The notes under the pieces are model-generated. The model was not told where the DNA came from. It saw only the letters and a list, made by a program, of their open reading frames with translations, and did not search any database. From Propionibacterium ruminifibrarum (GTDB taxonomy: Bacteria > Actinomycetota > Actinomycetes > Propionibacteriales > Propionibacteriaceae): DNA of 32,000 nucleotides. The stretch is taken from assembly GCF_900289195.1 (NCBI RefSeq), contig NZ_OMOH01000001.1, forward strand, positions 268,706 to 300,705, written 5' to 3'. Every line of letters begins with the position of its first letter. Within the stretch, counting starts at the first letter, position 1. Positions 8,420 through 16,906 of the stretch are shown here, piece by piece. The translations under genes and the position numbers were made by a program.

Positions 8420-9835
8420 TCAGCTCGTCTCGGCCAGGCCCAGGCGGGACTCCATCTCCTCCAGGGGCACGCCCTTGGTCTCGGGCATCACCCTGAGCAC
8501 CCAGAACAGCTGGCCGCACATGAACACGAAGAAGATCAGGAATGCGACACCGCCGCCGAGTGTGGCGATGACCGGTGGGAAGGCGTAGGTGGTCAGGGCG
8601 GCGAACGTCCAGTGCGTCATCGAGCCGAGGGACTGGCCGCGACCACGGACCCGGTTCGGGAAGATCTCCGAGATGAACACCCAGATCACCGAGCCCTGGC
8701 CGAAGGCATGGGCTGCGATGAACACGAGCAGGCCGACGAGCACCAGCACCGACGACGTGGTGTTGAAGTGTCCGGAGAAACCGAACATGACGCCGGCCAG
8801 GAAACCCAGTGAGACGAGATAGCCGATGGAACCGACGATCATGAGGGCGCGACGTCCGATTTTGTCGATCACGGTGAGAGCCGCCATCGTGGCGATGAGG
8901 TTCATGAGGCCGACGGCGACGCTCATGAGGTACGACGAGTCGGTCGAGGCACCGGCCTCCTGGATCACGACCGGGGCGTAGTAGAGGATCGCGTTCACGC
9001 CTGACATCTGATTGAACATGGCGATGCAGAACGCCAGGAGAATCACCTTCCGATAGCGCTTGGAGAAGAACTTCACCTTCACCGAGCGCAACTCGGCCTG
9101 TTCGGCGAGCTGGGCGCGGATCTCCGCGATCTGCTCATCGGATTCCTCCCGGGTGGTGCACAGCCGACGGCTGATCGCGATGGCCTCGTCCTCGCGGCCC
9201 ACGGACATCAGCCAGCGGGGCGTCTCGGGAACGGCCAGCAGCAGGATGAGGAAGATGGCGGCGGGGACGGCCATGACGCCGAGCATCCAGCGCCAGGCGA
9301 CATCCTCGGGAGCGATGAGCCTGATGATGTAGTTGCTCAGATAGGCCAGCAGGATGCCGAGCACGACGTTGCCCTGGACGAGGCCGACGAGGCGCCCGCG
9401 GTGTGCGGCCGGGGCGATCTCGGCGGTGTAGATGGGCGCGCACACGCTCGACATGCCGACGCCGACACCGCCGAGGAAGCGGAACACGAGGAAGAGCCCG
9501 TGCGCCCCCGCCGGGGTGAGCGCAGTACCGAGCGAGCCCACGATGTAGAGCACCCCGATGCTGTACAGCATGATCTTGCGGCCATAGCGGTCGGCGAGAT
9601 TGCCCGAGAACAGGGCCCCGACGATGGTGCCGATGGTGGCCATGGCCACGGTGAAACCGAGACCGGACGGGCTGAGGTTGAAGACCTTCTCCAGGGAAGT
9701 GGTCGTGCCTGAGATTACGGCGGTGTCGAAGCCGAAGACGAGACCGCCGAGGGCCGCCACGACGGCGCTTCGCAGCACCAGACCGTTGGCTCTGGTGGGG
9801 TTGGCCGGCTGGGCGCCGGCAGTGGTACTGGACAT
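8420..9835 (-). CDS. MFS transporter, sugar porter family
   Basis: 471 aa, about 12 TM segments. Sugar-porter signatures DRYGRK, PETPRWL and the conserved loop motifs are present. GGAGG lies upstream of ATG 9835. Confidence 0.9.
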   Translation of the reverse strand: MSSTTAGAQPANPTRANGLVLRSAVVAALGGLVFGFDTAVISGTTTSLEKVFNLSPSGLGFTVAMATIGTIVGALFSGNLADRYGRKIMLYSIGVLYIVGSLGTALTPAGAHGLFLVFRFLGGVGVGMSSVCAPIYTAEIAPAAHRGRLVGLVQGNVVLGILLAYLSNYIIRLIAPEDVAWRWMLGVMAVPAAIFLILLLAVPETPRWLMSVGREDEAIAISRRLCTTREESDEQIAEIRAQLAEQAELRSVKVKFFSKRYRKVILLAFCIAMFNQMSGVNAILYYAPVVIQEAGASTDSSYLMSVAVGLMNLIATMAALTVIDKIGRRALMIVGSIGYLVSLGFLAGVMFGFSGHFNTTSSVLVLVGLLVFIAAHAFGQGSVIWVFISEIFPNRVRGRGQSLGSMTHWTFAALTTYAFPPVIATLGGGVAFLIFFVFMCGQLFWVLRVMPETKGVPLEEMESRLGLAETS

Positions 9836-9968
9836 TCGTCTGCCTCCAGATGTTGGGGTTCCATCACGGATGGTCTGTCCCCAGCGAACTTACGCCTGGA
9901 GGAGCGGGCAGAGGGGTTGTTCCAGTTTTTAATCCGGTGCCGCAGCACGGCTCGACGGGACGGGTCCC

Positions 9969-10265
9969 TCAGTGCCGCACGAGACGCTCGTACTCGGGAT
10001 GCTTGGTGATCCACCGGGCGACGAAGGAGCACGTGGGCACCACGGTCCGGCCGGCAGCAGCGGCGTCGTCGAGTGCCCGGCGGGCCAGCATCCCGGCCAG
10101 GCCGCGGCCTGAGAACGCCGGGTCGACGACCGTGTGCGGCATCGTCACGACCTCACCGTCCACCGAGTACTCCAGGAAGCCCGCGACGGCGTCGTCGACG
10201 AGAACCTCGTAGCGGTGCCGCTCGGCGTTGTCGGTGATCTCGATGCTCTCGGCGCCTCTGCTCAT
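9969..10265 (-). CDS. small GNAT-like N-acetyltransferase (YjdJ type)
   Basis: 98 aa. The pattern ...RYEVLVDDAVAGFLEYS...VVTMPHTVVDPAFSGRGLAGMLARRALDDAAAAGRTVVPTCSFV is typical of the ~95-aa GNAT-fold family. GAAGGAG lies upstream, 13 nt after the preceding gene's stop. Confidence 0.75.
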   Translation of the reverse strand: MSRGAESIEITDNAERHRYEVLVDDAVAGFLEYSVDGEVVTMPHTVVDPAFSGRGLAGMLARRALDDAAAAGRTVVPTCSFVARWITKHPEYERLVRH

Positions 10266-10278
10266 GGTGTGCTCCTTC

Positions 10279-11490
10279 TCAGTCGTTCAGGCGTGTGGTG
10301 GCCAGCCGGGCGCCCTCGGTGAGTGATTCGAGCTTCGCCCAGGCGATGAGCGGGTGGATGCGGCCGCCCAGCCCGCAGTCCGTCGAGGCGATGACACGAT
10401 CCGGCCCCACCGCCGAGACGAAGTTCATGATGCGTTCGGCGACGAGTTCGGGATGTTCGACCACATTGGTCGAGTGCGAGACGACGCCGGGGATGATGAC
10501 CTTGTCCTCGGGCAGCGGGACATGGTGCCACAGCCTCCATTCGTGCTCGTGCCGGGCGTTGGCGGCCTCGAAGGAGTAGCCGTGGGCCCTGACCGACAGC
10601 ACCTGGTCGATGATGTCGGCGAACGGGATGTCGGTGGTGTGCGGACCGTGCCAGGAGCCCCAGCAGACGTGCAGGCGCACCTGGTCGGCGGGGATGGACT
10701 CCAGGGCCCGGTTGATCGCGTCGATGCGCAGGCCGATGAAGTCGCGGTAGTCACTGACGGTCGGTTCCGGGTTGATCTGGTCCCAACTCTCGGCGATGTC
10801 GGGGGCGTCGATCTGCACGGTCAGGCCGGCGTCGGTGATCGCCTTGTACTCCTCATGCATCGCATCGGCGCAGGCGGCCAGCAGGTCGGCGTCGCTGTCG
10901 TAGTACTCGTTCCTCACCCGCGCAGCCGACCCCGGGCTGAGTGCGGCGATGAAGCCGTCTGCCGGGGACAGCCCGTTGTCGGCCAGGCCCTCGAGCAGCA
11001 GCTCGATGTCGGCGTCGACGGCCTCGGAACCGATGTAGGTCAGCGGACCGGTGATCTTGGGGTTCCCCACCGAGGCGCGTCCGGTGAGGATGCCCGAATC
11101 CGGGTCCTCGTAGGCGGCGCGGAAGGCCGCGCGGTCGCGGCGGTCGGGGAAGGACGTGAGCCGTGGGTTGCCCGGCGTCGAACGCACGATCTCGGGGTTC
11201 GCCCAGCGGTCCTCGTCGGTCATCGTCAGGCCGCCCAGGCGGGTGAATGAGTAGTTCCACCACGCGCCGTAGTCGACTGCCCCGGATGTGATGTGGCCGT
11301 ACTCGCCCTCGTTGACGATGTCGAGGCCGATCTCGCGCTGGCGGGCGACGACCTGCTCGACGCTGGCGCCGAGGACCGAGGCGAACTCCTCGTCGTCGAT
11401 GGCGCCCCCGGACCGTCGGGCATTCGCCTCCAGCAGTTCGTCGGGACGGGGCAGGGAGCCCACGTGGGTGGTTCGAATGCGATGGGCCAT
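10279..11490 (-). CDS. cobalamin-independent methionine synthase family protein (MetE C-terminal-like, about 400 aa)
   Basis: MAHRIRTTHVGSLPRPDELL... and the C-terminal ...STDCGLGGRIHP... are typical of Meth_synt_2 / methionine synthase II proteins. ATG 11490 is preceded by GGGGGA. The 95 upstream codons of the ORF are junk. Confidence 0.8.
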   Translation of the reverse strand: MAHRIRTTHVGSLPRPDELLEANARRSGGAIDDEEFASVLGASVEQVVARQREIGLDIVNEGEYGHITSGAVDYGAWWNYSFTRLGGLTMTDEDRWANPEIVRSTPGNPRLTSFPDRRDRAAFRAAYEDPDSGILTGRASVGNPKITGPLTYIGSEAVDADIELLLEGLADNGLSPADGFIAALSPGSAARVRNEYYDSDADLLAACADAMHEEYKAITDAGLTVQIDAPDIAESWDQINPEPTVSDYRDFIGLRIDAINRALESIPADQVRLHVCWGSWHGPHTTDIPFADIIDQVLSVRAHGYSFEAANARHEHEWRLWHHVPLPEDKVIIPGVVSHSTNVVEHPELVAERIMNFVSAVGPDRVIASTDCGLGGRIHPLIAWAKLESLTEGARLATTRLND

Positions 11491-11588
11491 GGTGTGTCCC
11501 CCAACTGTCGGCGCACGTGGCACCAAGATTATCCGGGCCGCCGGGACGCCCCTGCACTCGAACGCGGGCGCGTGGCGCCCGGCCTCGT

Positions 11589-12833
11589 TCAGCGGACCAG
11601 GGTTCGGTCGGCGAGCCTGATGAGCCGGTCGAGGACCGCCCCGCCCGAGGCGTTCGAGCCGTTGTGCTCGTACTCGCTGGTGATCCAGACGTGCATGTCC
11701 GGGAGCAGCGCCGCCGTCTCGAGCGAGTGGTGCAGGGGCACGTAGGCGTCGTGGGCGTAGACGGCTGCGGCGCACGGCACATCGGCCTCGGCCAGCGCCT
11801 GCGGATCATAGAGCCTGGGCCAGGGGTGCTCGGCGATGAGCTGGGCGCTGTGCTTCCAGGGGCGCAGCGAGGAGTCCTCGTCGAACCATTCGGGGAAGAC
11901 GTGCTCTCCGGTCAGCAGGGTCGGATCGGCCCGGAAGGCCTCGGGCAGCGTGCGGGCGGCCGCCCAGTTCGTCACCACGCCGTCGGCGTAGCTCGACTCG
12001 TGGATCACCGTGTACAGCACGTTGCGTCCGCCGAAGGGCAGCAGGTCCGCCAGGTCGTAGCGGAAGCCGCGTGACCCCGGATCGCGTTCGAGCAGGTAGT
12101 GCAGCTTCTCGGCCCCGCCCGAGGCGCCGAGCAGGTGGCCGAGTGAGCGGATGCGGGACGGCCCGACCACGTCGCCGTTGGGGGTGCGAAGGGCCTCCTG
12201 GGCGGCCAGGTCGACCAGCCGTGCGACGCGGTCGCGGTCCTCGGGGAACCGCCGGTAGTACTCCAGTGATTTCCCGGCCATCGTCTCGTAGCAGGCGGTG
12301 TAGATGTCCTCGGCGCTGTGGCCGACACCGGTCAGGCCGCCGGTGAAGTAGACCGCCAGCAGCGCGTCGGGGCGGGTCGACAGGTAGTGGACGGCGGTGA
12401 AACCGCCGAAGGACTGGCCCAGCACCGCCCAGCGCTCGACCCCGAGGTGGGCGCGCAGGTCCTCGCAGTCGGCGACGATCTCGTCGGCACGCAGATGCGT
12501 GAGGTACTCGGCCTGGTCGGCCGCCGACCCGAGCGGCTCACTGATCGGGCTCGACAGTCCGGTGCCGCGCTGGTCGAGCAGTACCACCTGGTAGTCGTCA
12601 AGGGCACGGCGCAGCCAGCCCGGCCACATCGGGTCGAGCCCGGGACGGGGGGACTCGCACCCTGGCCCGCCCTGCAGGAAGACCAGGTAGGGGCGGTCGG
12701 TGCCGTCGGGGGCAGCGACGATCCTGGCGAAGATGGTGATGCCGCGTTCGTCCGCGGGATTGGAGTGGTCGAGGGGGACGTTGATCCGGACCTCGCGGGT
12801 CAGGAGTCCGGGAATGCTGCGCTGCCACGTCAT
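11589..12833 (-). CDS. pip: prolyl aminopeptidase-like alpha/beta hydrolase (S33 family)
   Basis: LVFLQGGPGCESPRP, the nucleophile elbow GQSFGG, and the 414-aa length fit the family. ATG 12833 lies 6 nt after TAGCAT (12845-12840, minus strand), indicating a leaderless-type start. Confidence 0.75.
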   Translation of the reverse strand: MTWQRSIPGLLTREVRINVPLDHSNPADERGITIFARIVAAPDGTDRPYLVFLQGGPGCESPRPGLDPMWPGWLRRALDDYQVVLLDQRGTGLSSPISEPLGSAADQAEYLTHLRADEIVADCEDLRAHLGVERWAVLGQSFGGFTAVHYLSTRPDALLAVYFTGGLTGVGHSAEDIYTACYETMAGKSLEYYRRFPEDRDRVARLVDLAAQEALRTPNGDVVGPSRIRSLGHLLGASGGAEKLHYLLERDPGSRGFRYDLADLLPFGGRNVLYTVIHESSYADGVVTNWAAARTLPEAFRADPTLLTGEHVFPEWFDEDSSLRPWKHSAQLIAEHPWPRLYDPQALAEADVPCAAAVYAHDAYVPLHHSLETAALLPDMHVWITSEYEHNGSNASGGAVLDRLIRLADRTLVR

Positions 12834-12870
12834 GGGCCCATGCTAGTGGTCCGCACCCGCCAGGGGCCGC

Positions 12871-13644
12871 TCACCGGTCCTGGTCGAGGGTGCGCGACAG
12901 CAGGGGGCCGATCAGGTCCATGGGCAGAGGGAAGACGACCGTCGAGTTCTGGTCGGCACCGAGCTCGAGCAGCGTCTGCAGGTACCGCAGTTGCAGGGAG
13001 GCGGGGCTGGCCGAGAGCACGTCGGCGGCCTGCCTCAGTTCGCCGGACGCCTGGAGCTCGCCGCGGGCGTTGATCACCTTGGCGCGACGCTCACGCTCGG
13101 CCTCGGCCTCGCGGGCCATCGCCCGCTGCATGGCCTCGGGAATCTCCACGTCCTTGATCTCGACCACGGACACGTCGACGCCCCAGGAGGAGGTCTGCAC
13201 CTCGATGATCTCGCGCAGATCGCGATTGAGCCCCTCGCGATGGGCCAGCAGGGTGTCGAGGTCGGCGCGCCCGAGCACGGTGCGCAGCGTGGTCTGGGCG
13301 ATCTGGCTGGTCGCCACCGCGTAGTTCTCCACGTTCATCACCGCGTTCATCGGATCGGTGACATTGAACAGGACGACGGCGTTGACCCGGGCCGGAACGT
13401 TGTCGCGGGTGATGATCTCCTGCGGCGGGATCGTCAGGGTCACCGTCCTCGTGTCGACCCGGACGATCCTGTCCAGGCCGGGGACGATGAGGGCCAGGCC
13501 CGCCCCGTGCAGCGGCCTCACCTTGCCGAGGCGGAAGATGACGGCCCGCTCGTACTCGGGGATGATCTTCAGGCAGGTGACCAGGAGGCCGGCCACGAGA
13601 ATGACGAGTGCGATGAGGGTGAAGAACCACTGAGTACTGCCCAC
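12871..13644 (-). CDS. SPFH/band-7 (stomatin-like, slipin) membrane protein
   Basis: N-terminal TM helix, then IIPEYERAVIFRLGK...TRDNV...EIKDVEIP...AMAREAEAERERRAKV, a canonical stomatin/PHB domain. GTG 13644 is preceded by AGGAG embedded in the 3' end of the upstream gene. Confidence 0.9.
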   Translation of the reverse strand: MGSTQWFFTLIALVILVAGLLVTCLKIIPEYERAVIFRLGKVRPLHGAGLALIVPGLDRIVRVDTRTVTLTIPPQEIITRDNVPARVNAVVLFNVTDPMNAVMNVENYAVATSQIAQTTLRTVLGRADLDTLLAHREGLNRDLREIIEVQTSSWGVDVSVVEIKDVEIPEAMQRAMAREAEAERERRAKVINARGELQASGELRQAADVLSASPASLQLRYLQTLLELGADQNSTVVFPLPMDLIGPLLSRTLDQDR

Positions 13645-13646
13645 GG

Positions 13647-14399
13647 TCAGCTCCTGTCGGTGTCGTCAAGGGTCGAGTGATAACGGGTGCGTCCGCTCGA
13701 CCATGCGGGTGCGTAGCGTTCGATGAGGCGCGTGGCCTCATCGGCGGCGCGGTCCGTCTGAGCCTGTCCGTGCACGCCGTGAGTCCTGACCCGCTGAGCC
13801 GTGGTCCGTTTCCCCGTCCCGGTGGTCATGACCGGGCCGGCATCATCGTCGGGGACGGAGGACTCGAGGGGCAGGTCCTCGGGCGCGTTGACCGGTGTGG
13901 TGCGCAGCGAGCGGATCATCGGCCAGGCGGCCACGACGACGAAGGCGACGGCCGCGCCGAGCGCGATGCGCTGAGCGAGCCCGTTCGCCACGGCCTGCAT
14001 GGCCGCCGGGAGCGCTGCACCGGCGGCCATGATCGCAAGGCTCATGCCCCGGTGGAACACCCCCGCCTCGGAGTGCGGCCAGGGATCGACCGGCTGGGTG
14101 ATCTCACGCGGACCCAGCCGTGGCGCGCAGTCCCTCTTGACGGGGCAGCGCCCGCAGATCTCGTCCTGCCCCCGGTAGCGGATGACGCGTTTCTCCGGGT
14201 CGAAGCTGGCGGGCCACAGCCACTGGTCCTGGTGGCACTTCCACGCGCCGTGGTCCTCGTGGAAGACGAAGGTACTGGTCCGCCACTCCCGGGACCGCTG
14301 GTTGCTGCGCCGCCCCAGCACGTCCAGCCCCCAGGCGAAGGCGACGAGGACGACCGCGTAGAGGCAGGACAGGTAGACCTGGGCGCCCATCTCGTCCAT
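13647..14399 (-). CDS. 3-TM membrane protein with a WhiB-like Cys motif (C-X26-C-X2-C-X5-C; CGRCPVKRDC)
   Basis: These are the last 250 codons of the 802-aa ORF 13647..16055. The ATG 14399 lies 2 nt after the norB stop codon (14402-14404). High GC3, hydrophobic helices at residues ~7-27, ~118-137 and ~144-165. The Cys codons were checked directly in the DNA (TGC at 14156-14154, 14147-14145 and 14129-14127). Confidence 0.7.
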   Translation of the reverse strand: MDEMGAQVYLSCLYAVVLVAFAWGLDVLGRRSNQRSREWRTSTFVFHEDHGAWKCHQDQWLWPASFDPEKRVIRYRGQDEICGRCPVKRDCAPRLGPREITQPVDPWPHSEAGVFHRGMSLAIMAAGAALPAAMQAVANGLAQRIALGAAVAFVVVAAWPMIRSLRTTPVNAPEDLPLESSVPDDDAGPVMTTGTGKRTTAQRVRTHGVHGQAQTDRAADEATRLIERYAPAWSSGRTRYHSTLDDTDRS

Positions 14400-14401
14400 G
14401 G

Positions 14402-16756
14402 TCAGTCCACGCTCGCGATCGGGGCGTACCCGTGTCCGTCCGAGCCCACCTCGACGAACAGCCGTTCGACGGGCAGTTCGTCCACGGTGCGCCCCTCGTG
14501 ACGGTGGATCCAGCCGCGGACCGCCATGACGAGGAAGGGCAGGACACCGCCGAGGATGAAGACGAGGTCGCCCGGCATCCGCAGCCATTCGAGTACGACG
14601 TTCTTGTGCTCGGTGATGTAGTTGAGCGATCTCGCCTCGAAGTATCCGGCGCCGACCGAACGGTACAGCTGGAGCGCCCCCAGCGGCAGCAGGGTGACGA
14701 AGACCATCCAGGCGAGCCCGATGTTGGAGCACCAGAAGGAGACCTTGGCGAGCCTGTCGTCCCACTTGTCCTGCGGGATGAGGTAGCGCAGGGCGAACAT
14801 CGCCAGGCCCATCGCCATCATGCCGTAGACGCCCATCATGGAGCCGTGCGCGTGGTTGGCCGTCAGTGCCGTGCCGATCTCGTAGTAGGAGACGATGGGC
14901 AGGTTGATGAGGAAGCCGAACAGACCCGCACCGACGAAGTTCCAGAAACCCACGGCCACGAGGAACATGACGCACCAGCGGTGCGGGAACGGGGTGCTCG
15001 ACCTGGCCTCTCGTCTGGCACCCAACTGCATGAACGCCCAGGCCTCGACGGTCAGGAAGGTCAGCGGGATGACCTCGGCGGCCGAGAAGACCGCACCGAC
15101 CGCCATGTTCGAGCTCGGGGTGCCGGAGAAGTAGACGTGGTGCATGGTGCCGAGTACGCCGCCGACGGAGTAGAGGATGACGTCCATGTAGATGATTCCC
15201 AGGGCGACCTTCTCGCGCACCACGCCGAGCATGACGAAGATGTACGCGACCATGACGGTGGTGAACAGTTCGAGGAAGTCCTCGACCCACAGGTGGACCA
15301 CCCAGAAGCGCCAGTACTCGGCCACCGAGATCTGTGTCGTCGTACCGGCGAGCATGCCGACCGCGTAGAAGGCGGGGATGGACAGGGCGGAGAAGAAGAA
15401 CACCCAGGGCAGATTGCCGTGCGATTCGGCGCGCAGCCTGCCCCGGATGGCTCGGACGATGATGAACACCCAGAGGAACATGCCGAGCGTCAGCGCGGCC
15501 TGGAAGACCTTGGGCAGGTCCAGGTACTCCCACTGCTGGCCGAGGAGCGGCCCGCTGGCCCATGAGACCCCGTAGATCGACAGCATCTCGCCCGCGAGCG
15601 AGCCGAACACGACGAAGCAGACGGCACAGAACAGCACACCGACCCATCTGCTCTGGCCCCTGGGTTCCCTGCCCGAGATGAAGGGGGCGAGGAAGATGCC
15701 CCCGGCCAGGAAGGAGGCCGCCGTCCACAGCAGGGCGAGTTGGACGTGCCAGGTGCGCGCCAGGTTGTAGGGGAACCAGCTGGCCAGGTCGAAACCGAAG
15801 AAGCTCGTGATGTCGGCCCTGTAGTGCTCGGCCGCCGCACCCACGATGGTCTGCAGCAGGAACAGCGCCGATATCGCCACCCAGAACCAGGCCGTGACAC
15901 GCTGGGACCTGGTGAGCCCCACCCTGGACGGCGGGATGAAGGAGATCGACGGGGCGTCCGAGGCGTGCCAGCCGATCCTGGCGCTCCACCGTCCGTAAAT
16001 GGCGAACATCACGCCGATACCCCCGAGGAGCACGAGCAGGGACAGCGCCGACCACAGCACCATGTCGGCCGTGGGCTCGTTGGCAACGTTGCTCTCGGCC
16101 GGCCAGTTGTTCGTGTAGGAGTAGTCCTGCCCCGGTCGTTGGGCCGCCGCGCCCCAGGCGGTCCAGGCGAAGAAGCTCACCAGCTGGTGGATCTGCTCAG
16201 GATCGGTGATGTCGTCGGCGAGCAGGCCGAGATCGTGCGAGTCCTGCCCGAAGTAGCCGGCGTAGTAGCCGGTGAGCTCCCGGTAGGCGTCCGTCTGGTG
16301 CTCGGAGAACCGGAGCACCCCGCTGTCCTCGTCGTAACGGTTCGTGCGCCAGTCCGTGATGGTGGCGGCCGACGGGTCTGCGACGCCCTCGTCCCGGTAC
16401 GCCTGCAGCGTGCGGTCACTGGCCCGGCGCAGGTAGTCCGCGGTGAAGTCGGGTCCGAGGTAGCCGCCGTGGCCCAGCACCGATCCGTACTGCATCAGAC
16501 CGCGGTTCTGGAACAGTTCCTGGCCCGCGGCGATGTCGTCCCCGGTGAACAGCACCTCCCCGGATTGGTCGGTGACCTTGTCGGGAACGGGAATCGAGTC
16601 GGTGTAGGTGCGCCAGGCGAGGATGCCCATGACCGTGAATCCGAAGAGCATCACCAGGATGACGCCCTGGACCCACCCCCTGCTCACCACCATGGTACGG
16701 CGGGAGCAGCCGGGGCCGGCGATGGTGCTGTGCTGCGAGTCCGTCATGGGCGTCAT
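14402..16756 (-). CDS. norB: nitric-oxide reductase, quinol-dependent large subunit (qNOR)
   Basis: About 780-aa polytopic heme-copper-oxidase-like protein. The N-terminal region ...GQELFQNRGLMQYGSVLGHGGYLGPDFTADYLRRA is characteristic of single-subunit qNOR. The start is ambiguous between ATG 16756, 16747 and 16774. Codons upstream of 16756 are AT-rich and rare (ATA ATT ATC), so 16774 and 16945 are unlikely. Confidence 0.88.
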   Translation of the reverse strand: MTPMTDSQHSTIAGPGCSRRTMVVSRGWVQGVILVMLFGFTVMGILAWRTYTDSIPVPDKVTDQSGEVLFTGDDIAAGQELFQNRGLMQYGSVLGHGGYLGPDFTADYLRRASDRTLQAYRDEGVADPSAATITDWRTNRYDEDSGVLRFSEHQTDAYRELTGYYAGYFGQDSHDLGLLADDITDPEQIHQLVSFFAWTAWGAAAQRPGQDYSYTNNWPAESNVANEPTADMVLWSALSLLVLLGGIGVMFAIYGRWSARIGWHASDAPSISFIPPSRVGLTRSQRVTAWFWVAISALFLLQTIVGAAAEHYRADITSFFGFDLASWFPYNLARTWHVQLALLWTAASFLAGGIFLAPFISGREPRGQSRWVGVLFCAVCFVVFGSLAGEMLSIYGVSWASGPLLGQQWEYLDLPKVFQAALTLGMFLWVFIIVRAIRGRLRAESHGNLPWVFFFSALSIPAFYAVGMLAGTTTQISVAEYWRFWVVHLWVEDFLELFTTVMVAYIFVMLGVVREKVALGIIYMDVILYSVGGVLGTMHHVYFSGTPSSNMAVGAVFSAAEVIPLTFLTVEAWAFMQLGARREARSSTPFPHRWCVMFLVAVGFWNFVGAGLFGFLINLPIVSYYEIGTALTANHAHGSMMGVYGMMAMGLAMFALRYLIPQDKWDDRLAKVSFWCSNIGLAWMVFVTLLPLGALQLYRSVGAGYFEARSLNYITEHKNVVLEWLRMPGDLVFILGGVLPFLVMAVRGWIHRHEGRTVDELPVERLFVEVGSDGHGYAPIASVD

Positions 16757-16830
16757 GATAATTATCAGGAGCATCCCGGGTTTATTTTTGGACGGATTTA
16801 ATCCATTATCAGCCTTGTTTATTACTCTGG
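16755..16830 (-). promoter_or_regulatory. AT-rich norB promoter/operator island with palindromes
   Basis: About 64 percent A+T by hand count over ~74 nt, within a strongly GC-rich window. Elements: TGATAATTATCA (16756-16767), GGATT-T-AATCC (16794-16804), two CTGATAAT copies 44 bp apart (16768-16761 and 16812-16805, minus strand), and TATCAT (16760-16755) 7 nt before ATG 16747. Confidence 0.55.
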
Positions 16831-16906
16831 GCGAACAGGTCCGGGGGCGAGCGGATCGGAGTCCGCCCTGCGAGTGCCGGCTGGGAGGCACTCGTAGAAT
16901 GACTCC

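Noticed and set aside
14400-16055. N-terminal ~550 codons of the 802-aa ORF 13647..16055 (same strand as norB, different frame)
   Set aside because: The translation is Arg/Gly/Pro/His-rich with no recognisable domain, and it overlaps the clearly homologous qNOR frame. This is a typical stop-free shadow frame in high-GC DNA. Only the last 250 codons (from ATG 14399) look real.
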